From Fistulifera solaris (taxonomy: Eukaryota): 64,000 nt of DNA. Positions 23,144 to 33,601 of the stretch are shown here, one piece after another. The DNA is taken from the NCBI GenBank assembly GCA_030295235.1, contig AP026148.1:124001-188000 (forward strand). The letters run 5' to 3'. Within the stretch, counting starts at the first letter, position 1. Every line of letters begins with the position of its first letter. Both the position numbers and the translations under genes were made by a program. The notes beneath the pieces are model-generated. The model was not told where the DNA came from. It searched no databases and was given only the letters and a program-made list of their open reading frames with translations.

Positions 23144-25035
23144 TTATATTTCCCCCTTTTGCAGCAGGTTTCGGTATTTGTCTTTTATTTGAACAGTGGT
23201 TCTAGCACCTAGTCTCGAGTCATTCTCTTTGATGTGCTTCCAATGGCCCACCCCATAGCGCTTGACGCCTTCACGAATCGCATCTTCTTCCTCAGGGGTA
23301 AATTTGTTCCGTTTTTGTTTTTTCGGGCCCATCGGTCTTTCGTCCTCATCGGAAGAGTCCATCAAGGAGTCGCGCTTACGTTGCTCCTTTGCACTGGAAC
23401 ATTTTCATCAACGATTCGCGGCTCCGTGATACGGGTCGACGATTTAGAATGGTCCATCCGCTTCTTCTTTGTTTCCTGCTTGTTTTCAAGCCCGCTGTCC
23501 ATATCTTGCGCTGCTGATTCCTGACTTTGTGTAAAGGACGCGGCGGATCAGCATGACCCGTGGAAAGAAGCACCCGTTTGCTAGCGACAAAACGCTGTTG
23601 TTGAATCCGAACTTTTTGCGTGTCTACCGAGGGCTGGGTTTCCAAGTAATCATCTTCCTCATCCATGTTTGATTCTGTATCTCTCACATTTTCATCAATA
23701 CTGTCAGCGGCTTTTTTGGCTGCTTCCCCGACATCGTCCGAAAGGTGCTTGGTTTCATCACAATTTACAACAGGATCCACAGTCGGTTCTACCGATTCCA
23801 TTTGAGCTACTACTTCGGGATCTGCTACATTGTTGGCTATGGCGGCCACTGGATCCTCAAACCGAGCGTGAAACATCCTTTCTTGATCACGTCTTTTCTT
23901 GGCTTCGTCTTCATCGCCAAATGAGGATATCTCGTCATTTTCCGGGTCTTGCACTGTGTATGGGGCTACGCCCGCATATCGCAGTTGAAACAATGTCGGA
24001 ATACCAAGAATGTTCTCAGACCAGCGAATTATCAATGCATGCATCTAGCGAGATGAGCGAGTGAGTTAGTGACCCGCGCCATGATTTGATTGTCTAACAA
24101 CATAATACAACCCAAGTTTCCTTACCGCATGTTGCAAGTGCGCATGTGAGAACTCGTTCGATTCGTCTCCCCACAACAAGTCTCGATATCGTCGTAGGCA
24201 TTCCTCTATATCAGGACGGCGCTTTTGACAGGCTCGAGAAGATGTCGAATTTGTCTCGGCACCATCGTTTCTTCCGGGGCCAGTGATTGTTCCTCGTCAT
24301 CTCCTACGTCCAAAAGAAAGTCACCTCCAAACCATCCATTTTCAAGCATTTCAATGGCTTCTTGCACGCTCATGGGGTGCTCTTTGTGTAGGGATGAACG
24401 GAAAACGACCAAAGTATGTTGATAATGCAACAATCGTCCTACCGCACGAAAGTCCCCTTGTAACAGATCATCTTGCGCATGCTCCGGCCTCGCCTGAACG
24501 ACCGCGTCGCGCATTTGATTCCATTCATCTTGCAGTCGCTTCCAGTCGTCCGGAGTAAAATTATAAGGAGACACGGCTCGGTCGTTCCCCACTTGCCCGA
24601 GTTGCCACCGCACCAGTTCTTTCGCACGGGCGGCCAATTTCAAACGCGCCTCGATCAGCGCATTGGGAGGTGCTGTCTTCGAAGGCACGCGGAGTGCTTG
24701 AAAGAGATAGTTTTGATAGAGTGCACTTTGTTCCGGATCCGTTTCTAAAAGTACCGCTTGACACCAGAAATCGATACAATCGAGTTGCATTTGCTCAAAC
24801 GAAGGCAACGGAGGAAGAACATTCCAAGCGGAACTTCGGGAAAGCGAACGGAGACGTGCAAATGATGTTGTAGGATGCGAAGGAAATTGCGCTGGGGGAG
24901 GAATGGGCGGTGGCGGTAAAGGATGTTGCGTTTGCGGACGAGCATCCTCGTCATCCTCGTCATCCTCGTCGCTACCGCTCGCGGCCTGTTGCGGGGAGGT
25001 GACAAAAACGGAATGTATCGCGAAAACATTTCCAT
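23144..25035 (-). CDS. TRF-like (telobox) single-Myb protein, copy B; 2 exons, 4 homopolymer frameshifts
   Basis: Start MEMFSRYIPFL resembles copy A MYSKFIQWFL. Intron 24125-24045. Myb RNKFTPEEEDAIREGVKRYGVGHWKHIK...RTTVQIKDKYRNL. Adding one base at each of 24993-96, 24223-26, 23533-35 and 23388-90 gives a continuous protein collinear with copy A. Confidence 0.78.
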
Positions 25036-25564
25036 TTTTGCCTCTAAAATTGATGTGAACTAGATAGCTGTATGCTTTTCCTTGTTTCTCAAACGAAGAG
25101 AGGTACAATTATTGATTGAGCGAATGACTTTGAATGCAAGAGCTACTTGTAGTCGCGGGCGGTCGTTTTGCTGGATAGTTGATGCCGGTGTTGGAGTGAT
25201 TTTTGAATTACGCTCCATTTCGGTGTTTATGACACGGTTTTGACGAGATGTCGTTTGAGTCAATTATTTAAGGAAACTTAAGTACACTCTGACTGATATC
25301 TGGATACATGTTTAGAAGTTCCAAGAACGTCTGCCGCTTTCAGAAGCCGAAGTCCCGCGTTCAAAAGACCACCGTAATTTTAGTGCCGGAGTGACGCTGA
25401 AAGAAATTAACTTTTCGCCGATTTCAGGCGAATGTTAGAAGCTCGTCGGCGCATTGACTGCAAATGAATAATGATGTTGTTTCTGGAAACCATACCAGGT
25501 ATCCCCAGTCGTCTTTTGTATTTTCCATGTCGAAACTCCTTGCGAACGGTTGTCTTCCGGTCTG

Positions 25565-25618
25565 CTGTAGGCCAAAGTGTGGTATCTACGTAACCACGAC
25601 TGCATTCAGTCATGAATC
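25565..25618 (+). repeat. Copy of the dispersed tripartite motif
   Basis: CTGTAG-N5-AGTGT-N13-CCACGACTGCATTCAGTCATGAATC. Confidence 0.78.
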
Positions 25619-26004
25619 TAACTTCTCTAGGGCGACGCTGCGATCTGATCTTTGTTCGTTCTTTAAGAATGTTGTCTTTCAAATAGTCTTTATAATGATG
25701 GAATTATCTTGATTGAAGATTTGCATTGCACGGATCATTCTCAATTCGTAAGGCGCCCGAATGTGCACTACCGATATGTATCGTGAATGTCGCTGTGACA
25801 TCACGTCAATGCTTCCCAGGCGTCAGCCTTAACCCTAACTTTTGCAGCACGTCAGTGCTCAGGGCTTTTTCATTACGTACGGAGTAGTATTTTTCCTTTA
25901 TTGCATCGCAAGCAATAATACGCACAATAACGGCCTTGAAGAAGTAGTTACAACCACAGTTTCTACTGGCTGGATCATTTTAATAGCATTAAACAAAAGA
26001 GAGA

Positions 26005-26385
26005 ATGATAGCATCGACATTACGAAGCACTGGCCGTGTGGCTAGCACACGTACGCAAAGGTACGTACGGTATTGGCAGACAAGAAACGATCACTTTCCT
26101 ACGCGGTGTCGTCTTTTTCTCACTTTAAATCTCATGTTTCTTTTTGTATCTTTCAGACGCAACATGGCCGGCGGATTCCCGGCGAACATGGCCGTGAAAA
26201 AGAACAAGTTTATGGAGGAGTGGAATGGAAAGCGTGAAATTACTGAAAAGTCTTTTGAAGTTAATTTTGCCAATATTCCTACCTTAGTCATGACGCTTCT
26301 TGTTGTTCCATATGGAATCTACACTTGGTCACGTTCCGAATTCTTGAATGGGTCGGATGATCCGCGTTACAAAGATTTGTGCTAA
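26005..26385 (+). CDS. NDUFB4: Mitochondrial complex I B15 subunit; 2 exons
   Basis: In-frame 96-bp intron 26061-26156. Arg/Ser/Thr presequence, then KKNKFMEEWNGKREITEKSF plus one TM helix, resembling plant B15 (NKNKFIEDWG..RENLE..F). Confidence 0.75.
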   Translation: MIASTLRSTGRVASTRTQRYVRYWQTRNDHFPTRCRLFLTLNLMFLFVSFRRNMAGGFPANMAVKKNKFMEEWNGKREITEKSFEVNFANIPTLVMTLLVVPYGIYTWSRSEFLNGSDDPRYKDLC

Positions 26386-26512
26386 ACATGACGAAGAGTA
26401 TAATGTAACGCAATTGATTTTTGCAATACTAAGAGTTTAATTTCCTCTGCAACACTATGGTAGAAACAATGACAAAACGGTCTATGGTTTAGCCATTTCG
26501 CTAGTCTATTGT

Positions 26513-27880
26513 CTAAGTCCAAGTTTCCTTACCCGCATTTACTCCGTACCGTCGCAAGAGTTTTCGTAGATTCGAGTTAGAAGCATCAAAGAGTTGCTGA
26601 AGTTTCTTTCGGGTCTTGTTTGAAACGGTGGATTTATCGAACTTTGTAAGAACCAATGTAGGTTCTGGAATGGGCCTGCTTGAAGGAGAAAGACCCAAGA
26701 ACGACTGAATGCGCCCCCATTCGCGTGTAGGATCTTTCTTCCATTCTTCCGTCCACACAATCAATACATCCTCTGCTGGGTTCTTCCCCGCCGCCTGCAT
26801 CGCTTGGAACCAATGACGCAACTGATAATGATACAAACTACGTCCAATCCCTCCACCTTCTCCTACTGTTGTGTGCGCATATTGGTACCACGCCATGTCT
26901 TCGTCGACGCGTCGAATGTTGGGTGCAAACAAGCCATTTTGTTCTAAGTGATCCCAATCGCGTTGAATCCATTCTTCGAGGGTTCCCTTCCAAAGATGAT
27001 TCTGCACGGCAATTTGAAATTGTTGATATAGTCGATCCATTGGATCCTGTAGTAAGACTACCAGTTTAACCCAGGGCAAGACGCACAGAATGCGACGTGG
27101 CACAAGTGAACTGTAAAACAAATAACCCGGACTCGCATCGAAAGTTAAAGCATCAGGGTAATTGTTGTTATAGAACGCTGCCAGACGCTGTCTCGCGGCG
27201 TGTACGGCCGTTTTCTCGGTCTTTTTGTAAACATATTTGGCAAAGGGACCATCTAGGAAGAAAGAAAGCTCGAGTGTGCGACGGGGAGGTTGTATGGATG
27301 TCGGAGCAATCGATATGAGCCATTGCGCCAGTTCGCGAGTACCCGTGTACTTCGCACCCGGAATTAAAAAGTGCGGGGTACGCTTTTGTGTATACCATTC
27401 GGTATTTTGCAAATCGCACCATCGATCGACGAAAACTCGTGATTGATTAGTGAGGATAGGTGTTTCGAAGAAGGAATGTTCCGATAAGGCGACGTTTGTC
27501 GTATTCGTGGAGTCATGGGACGAGGAAGTTACGGGTTGCAACGTCGGTGTCATTGTAGGAGCGGGTGTGGCGATTTTATCTCGTTTTGTTGGCAACGGCA
27601 CAGAGTTGCTTGTCTTTGTGTGAATAGCTTGCTTATCGCTGCTCGTCGCTAAATCAACCGACGACATTATTGAATTTTCAAAAAGTCCATGCAGTAATGA
27701 GAGAACGACCAAGACGCAAAGGAACGGCAGAACAGCGCGTATGCGTGTTCGTGTCCATTTTGCGAAACGCGATGACTGCTGATGAAGCAAAGGAGGTCTT
27801 TGTGACAAAGACGTCGTTCCTACATCCGTGATCTTCCGAGCGGCCCGCGGTGATCGCGATGAAAGAGAAACGGGTTTCAT
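26513..27880 (-). CDS. Type II membrane sulfotransferase-family protein (heparan-sulfate O-sulfotransferase-like fold)
   Basis: N-terminal TM and stem; HFLIPGAKYTGTREL (5'-PSB-like), TFDASPGY, KLVVLLQDPMDRLYQ (3'-PB-like), RSLYHYQLRHW, IQSFLGL. Confidence 0.8.
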   Translation of the reverse strand: MKPVSLSSRSPRAARKITDVGTTSLSQRPPLLHQQSSRFAKWTRTRIRAVLPFLCVLVVLSLLHGLFENSIMSSVDLATSSDKQAIHTKTSNSVPLPTKRDKIATPAPTMTPTLQPVTSSSHDSTNTTNVALSEHSFFETPILTNQSRVFVDRWCDLQNTEWYTQKRTPHFLIPGAKYTGTRELAQWLISIAPTSIQPPRRTLELSFFLDGPFAKYVYKKTEKTAVHAARQRLAAFYNNNYPDALTFDASPGYLFYSSLVPRRILCVLPWVKLVVLLQDPMDRLYQQFQIAVQNHLWKGTLEEWIQRDWDHLEQNGLFAPNIRRVDEDMAWYQYAHTTVGEGGGIGRSLYHYQLRHWFQAMQAAGKNPAEDVLIVWTEEWKKDPTREWGRIQSFLGLSPSSRPIPEPTLVLTKFDKSTVSNKTRKKLQQLFDASNSNLRKLLRRYGVNAGKETWT

Positions 27881-28169
27881 GACATGCTTCTGGCTGAGAC
27901 TTCGCTGTTTGTGTATTGCAGAAGGAAAATAGAAACGAGACCTGTTGGGATGCAACGGAAGGAGGAAAAAGTAGAAGGCATGCGACTTGCGACAGAGGTG
28001 GCGTTTGGTGACGGATGGTGGGAGAGGGATACCGGTATCAGCATGTACAATTACATATTATACTAGAAACAAAATGTCGACAAACTGTCTTTATGTCTGA
28101 GTGACACGAAAATCTCTATAGTAAAATTTTTCCGCACTAGATGGTTTTGGCGCGAAGCAGAAAAATGAC

Positions 28170-28814
28170 ATGCCGACGACGCGACATTTGCGTTTCCCTC
28201 TCCTCTCAAACAATGTTTGTTGCTCCGCCTCGTCTGTGTTACATTTCATTGTATCGTTTATAATGGCGCCTCACTTGACACCTGCGCAGAAATGGGTGGT
28301 AGAACTTGCGGCTAAGGATATCGTCGAGAAGCAACAAAGTGAGAAAGCCAGCTGCGGGCTCATTGCCATGTCTTTGAAGAATCTTCAGGCTACTGGCATT
28401 GATGTTGAAGCATCTAAGCTTTGTGACGCACTAAAGTACAAAGTGAAAGCGTTGAAGGCCAAAAGAAATGCAGCTTCCAACGTTCCTGCAAGTGTTACGG
28501 TTTCTGAGACAACGGAATACAGTTCAGTTACGAATTCTCCCCCTGCCTCACAAAATTCAACCGTTTCGACTAGAAGACCTGGTCGCCCTGTAGGAGCCAC
28601 CAAAAAGGCCAAAAGTGACCTCGAAACGCTTATCAAAGTTGCTAAGAACAAGATTGCAGCAAAGTACACGGAAGTTTCCCTTTCCTATCGTTTGCAAACA
28701 AACCAGCGCGTCCCGCGAGGCTGTCTTAATTCCATCATAGATGAAACGAAACGCGAGTTAGGTCTCCCAGATGATGTAGAAATCAAGAGTTCGACTATCA
28801 GGGGCCGTTTTTGA
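28170..28814 (+). mobile_element. Probable truncated DNA-transposon ORF (N-terminal DNA-binding part)
   Basis: AT-hook-like RRPGRPVG and helical RVPRGCLNSIIDETKRELGLP...IKSSTIRGR recall N-termini of diatom DDE transposases (from memory, unverified). It ends abruptly in AT-rich sequence next to a repeat array. Confidence 0.45.
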
Positions 28815-29125
28815 CGCTCGGTCAAAAGCCTTATTCTATAAAATTAAGAAATGTTTTTTATGTTAATATGTCAAAAAATTGATTAACATAGATTTTGATG
28901 TGAAAATGAACTTCAAAAAATGGGGTAAATTAGAGGCGCAAAAGACATTTTTAACTTGTACTTGTACAGGGTGCTGCATTCGGCAACCACCCCATAATCG
29001 TTTACATAGTCACACCCGTTTACTCCATGTTGGTGGACCTTAATGGAATTTTTTTTGCTCGCGAGCGAAGCGAGCATTGGGAAGACGTCTTTCTCAATAA
29101 ATATTCGCGTCTCGTCGTTCGCACA

Positions 29126-29306
29126 CCCCCATATTTTCCGGGTAGGTCAAAACATCTCACGCCCATATTTTCTGGGTACGTCAAAACACCATCCCCATAT
29201 ATTTCCCGGTACATCAGCACACCCACCACCAAATTTTCCGGGTACGTTAAAACACAACTCGCCCATATTTTCTGGGTACGTGAAAATATCACACGCCCAT
29301 ATTTTG
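29126..29306. repeat. Tandem array, ~6 units of 33-34 bp, core CCCATATTTTCYGGGTAC
   Basis: Core starts at 29131, 29165, ~29198, 29231, 29265, 29299. Confidence 0.9.
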
Positions 29307-29354
29307 TTTTTATTCATTCGCTGATGGCTGATACTCCTTTGCGGCCCAGAAACT

Positions 29355-29435
29355 GGGAACGGCGTTAAAATTCTGCCTCATCGTAGACGCTACGTACCAT
29401 CTTTTACTGGGAGGCAGAATTTTAACGTCCTTCCC
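29355..29435. repeat. Inverted repeat (perfect 17-bp arms 29363-29379 / 29411-29427, extendable to ~25 bp)
   Basis: CGTTAAAATTCTGCCTC ... GAGGCAGAATTTTAACG. Confidence 0.9.
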
Positions 29436-29884
29436 TGAAAAAACGGCGTTTCGCCTAAAATCCACGTCTGCGCCTTGTGCTGTTTCCTAAATTTCCTAGT
29501 TTGAGGTTCGAGCATCTTCTATACTGGTATCGGATGTAAAACTATCATGGAGGGTTCCTTACAGGATCTGATTGAATATTACTCAATATGGCCCACATCC
29601 ATCGTTTTTTCATCGAATGTCGGAAGTGAATTTGTGCGGGCGTTGGATTTGGGAAAGATTGCAACAAGCCAATATTCCTGCTGAAGAACGGTCCTTGCTC
29701 AGGTCGAATGCCTTTCTTTTATGAGCAGAAAGAATCATTTGCTGCGTTCCTGGCCTAAACGAAACGAGCTTTTTGAAGTTTGGAAGCAGTTGTGTTCCCC
29801 AACAATTTTCCAGTGAATTCGTCCCTGTACATTTTGACGATTTTAACGAAGAAAATTGCGTCTTGTTTGTATCTTTTTTAGTAG

Positions 29885-30447
29885 TCATCGCTTTCGTCTG
29901 CGTAAAGTCCGCGCGCTGGAACTCGCTGTCAATTGCGGTTTGGGTCGTAACATGGGAGCTAAACCTCCGTGATTGGCCAAGAAATTCTGCCAAAAGTAAG
30001 CCGCATCCGTTTTCCCCTGCAACCATTCTCGAAACATTGGGTTTTGTTTGGATTCTTCCACTGTCGCGGCCGTCAAGCCCAATTGTTCTTGACAAGCCAC
30101 ACGGAATGTTGCCTCCTCATCGTCGGTGATTCCCACGTCCGTCCAGTCGTTGGTATTGCCTTTTGCAAAAGCTCGTACGCCCTGGTGATTTGATGAAACA
30201 ATTCCACTAAATCTCGGTTGGAGTGTGGTGGTTGCAAGTCAGGATGACATCGCTTTGCTGCAGTGAAGTAAGCGGCACGGATTTCCTTCGGAGTAGGACT
30301 TGTTTGCGATAGAGGTAAACCCAAAAGTTCTTTTGCGGCACGGTACGGGTCAAACGAACTGCTCGAGAACCAGTTAGACGACGGGGAAGAAGAAAGAACA
30401 GAATTTGTTCTTCGCATTGAGATAAAAAACTGTAGTTTATGTCTCAT
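29885..30447 (-). CDS. DnaJ (J-domain) protein, probably mitochondrial
   Basis: LLGL...[16 protein letters not shown]...[11 protein letters not shown]. One missing A at 30161-30164 joins ORF 30073-30450 to 29885-30136 ([18 protein letters not shown]). Confidence 0.82.
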
Positions 30448-30969
30448 CACTTATCATTGCTTCTCATATTAAAGTTACACAGATCGTTGAGCTCGATACA
30501 AAACAAAGTTGCTGACGAATGCTCTTGCTTTGCAACACACAAGGGGTCTGTCGCATGTCGCATCATCATGGTCGCGTATTCTGACTTCTGACTCAAAAAG
30601 AGGTGAGACGCGCAGAATGATCCTCGTGACTGAAGAAGAAGAAGACCCCTCACGGGACACGGGTGTGCACTCGACACTCGACAATCTTCGCAGAACAGAT
30701 TGTCTGTCCTTCCACGCGTAAAGATACACAGATACCAGATACACAGATACACGGCGTATCTTTCGCTTTTATATCGCGAGGTATCCGATTGGACAGTCTA
30801 CGATACAGTAAATGCTCCAGCAAAAGCATTCGCGATGTGGCTCCTTCTCCATTTGCTTCTCCTTTCAGCGATTGTGAGATTATAATAACAGTCATTGGGA
30901 AGCAATTCACGCATTTCGTGTTGATTCAGTGTGCTTTGCAACGTGTCGCTTTTCTTCATTGCATTGATC

Positions 30970-33523
30970 ATGTTTCGAGTGTGCGCGATCGCTTCGTCGC
31001 GTCGCGTGATGGGCGTTGTGTCTCGTAATAAGGGAGGAGCTTGCTTGGCAGCGATTCGACCTTTGTCTCTGTTCCTCCTCCTCCCAAAAGCAATCATCCA
31101 CATGCACCTCTTCCGAATGCCAAAGGGACTATCATTTACACAGAAACGGATGAAGCTCCGGCTTTGGCGACCTTTTCCTTGTATCCATTGATTGCCAAGG
31201 TATGCCTGCACGAGTCTCTGTTGTCTGTCGCCCCAGTAGTCTTTTAAGACCTCTCACTTTTGTTCGTCTTTCCTTTTCACAGTTTGCCTCCGTAGCGGAG
31301 ATTGATGTCGTTCCGGCCGATATTTCGTTAGCTGGTCGGGTTTTGGCAGCCTTTCCGGAAAAGCTGAACGAATCGCAGCGTGTCCCTGACAACTTGGCCT
31401 ACTTGGGAGAACTCAGCATGTCTCCTGATGCCAATATCATCAAACTGCCCAATATTTCTGCTCCACTCAATCAGTTGCAGGCCTGTATCGCAGAACTACG
31501 CGGCAAAGGATACGATGTTCCTCTCTATCCGACCGAACCGAGCAACGACGAAGAAAAGGACATTCAGAAACGTTATCAGAAACTCATGGGATCGGCCGTC
31601 AACCCTGTCTTGAGGGAAGGAAACTCGGATCGACGAGTCGCCAAGGCTGTCAAAGCATACGCACAGAAGAATCCGCATCGTATGGGATTGTGGTCCAAGG
31701 CCAGTCGGACGCATGTCGCACACATGACCGAAGGAGACTTTTACGGAACCGAAAAGTCCATCATCTTGCCGCAGGCGACGTCCGTTTCCATTGTGCTGCA
31801 GAAAGAAGATGGAGAAACGAAAGTTCTCAAACAAGGGATCCTCATGGAAGAAGCGGAAGTCATGGATGCGGCCACAATGAGTGTAGCCCAATTGCGTGCA
31901 TTCTATGAACAGGAAATCGAAGATGCCAAGGAATCAGAAGTTTTGCTTTCTTTACATCTCAAAGCCACCATGATGAAAGTGAGTGACCCCATCATGTTCG
32001 GCCACGCCATTCGTGCCTATTACAGTGATGCCTACGACAAGCACGGTGCAACCTTGAATGAAATTGGTGCCAATCCGAACTCGGGTTTGGCTTCCATTTA
32101 CGAGCGACTCGATAATGCCGTTAGTACCCAAAAATTGACGGAAGAGCAAGCAGCAGTCATTAAGAAGGACTTTGAAGCTACTTACGAACGACCGGATCGA
32201 CCTTGGTTGGCCATGGTAGATTCCGACAAAGGAATCACCAATCTGCATGCACCGAATGATATTATTATTGATGCCAGTATGCCTGTCGTTGTGCGTGATT
32301 CCGGAAAGATGTGGAACAAATTGGGGGAGATGGAAGATACCAAGTGTTTGATTCCTGACCGATGCTACGCCACGATGTATCAAGAAGTCTTTTCTTATGT
32401 CAAGACGCACGGTCAATTTGATGTCGCGACCATGGGAAATGTGGTACGTTTGTTTTCATTGCTGTCGAGCAATTACAGGCATTAAAATATTGCAATAGTC
32501 TCACGTGTTGTTTCTTCTCGCCAGGCAAATGTGGGTCTAATGGCCAAAAAGGCAGAGGAATATGGATCACACGACAAGACCTTCGAAATCGCCTCCAAGG
32601 GCAAGGTCGTAGTAGTCGACGACAATTCGGGAGAAGTTTACTTTGAACATTCCGTTGATGAAGGGGACATTTACCGCATGTGTCAAACCAAGGACATTGC
32701 TATTCGCGATTGGGTGAAGCTCGCGGTACAGCGCGCGCGTGCAACAGGATCTCGAACGATCTTTTGGCTTGACAAGAAGCGTGCCCATGACAGTAGCATC
32801 ATCAAAAAGGTTCGAGAATATCTTGATGATCACGATCTTGAAGGTTTGGACATTTCTATCATGCGCCCAGTTGACGCGGTTCGTGTGTCGATGGAACGTG
32901 CAACAGATGGAAAGGACACCATTTCAGTGACTGGCAATGTATTGCGAGACTATCTCACAGATCTTTTCCCGATTTTGGAGTTGGGGACTTCAGCGAAGAT
33001 GCTCTCCATTGTCCCCTTGTTAGCTGGAGGGGGCTTGTATGAGACGGGAGCTGGAGGAAGTGCCCCGAAACATGTTCAACAGTTTGTGAAGGAAGGACAT
33101 CTTCGTTGGGATAGTTTGGGAGAATATTTGGCGATCGCTGTGGCATTTGAACGCATGGCTGAAACAACTGGGCATGAGAAAGCCAAATTACTCGGAGAGT
33201 GCCTCGACCAGGCTGTTGGACGCATTTTGAACAACCGAAAGAGTCCATCTCGAGTTGTGAATCAAATCGATAATCGCGCAACAAATTATTACATTGCTTT
33301 GTATTGGGCAGATTTTCTTCAGCAAAAAGATCCTTCTTACAAAGATATTTTTGAAGCCCTTTCAAGCCATCGCCCTCAAATTGTGCAGGAATTAGCATCA
33401 AGTCAAGGCAAACCAGTCGACCTTGGTGGGCACTACTTGTTTGATTACCAGAAAACAAAGGCGGCGATGAATCCATCCCAAACGCTGAACAAAGTACTGG
33501 AAACGTTTGGTCCAAAGATCTAA
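30970..33523 (+). CDS. IDH: Monomeric NADP-dependent isocitrate dehydrogenase with a mitochondrial-type presequence; 3 exons
   Basis: [77 protein letters not shown]...HLRWDSLGE. Introns 31200-31282 and 32444-32524; one missing T at 31062-64 in exon 1. Confidence 0.95.
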
Positions 33524-33601
33524 CTATTTTATAGTGTTGAAAAGGATCAAAATAAACTCGCCACATAATCTAACGTAAGCTTGAGCACCACGATAATAAA
33601 T

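Noticed and set aside
25827..25839. Telomere-like CCTTAACCCTAAC upstream of the TRF-like genes
   Set aside because: Under two repeat units, so expected by chance.
28061..28960. TIR pair TACTAGAAACAAAATGTC / GACATTTTTAACTTGTA around the orphan ORF
   Set aside because: The match is short, gapped and AT-rich, too weak to define element ends.
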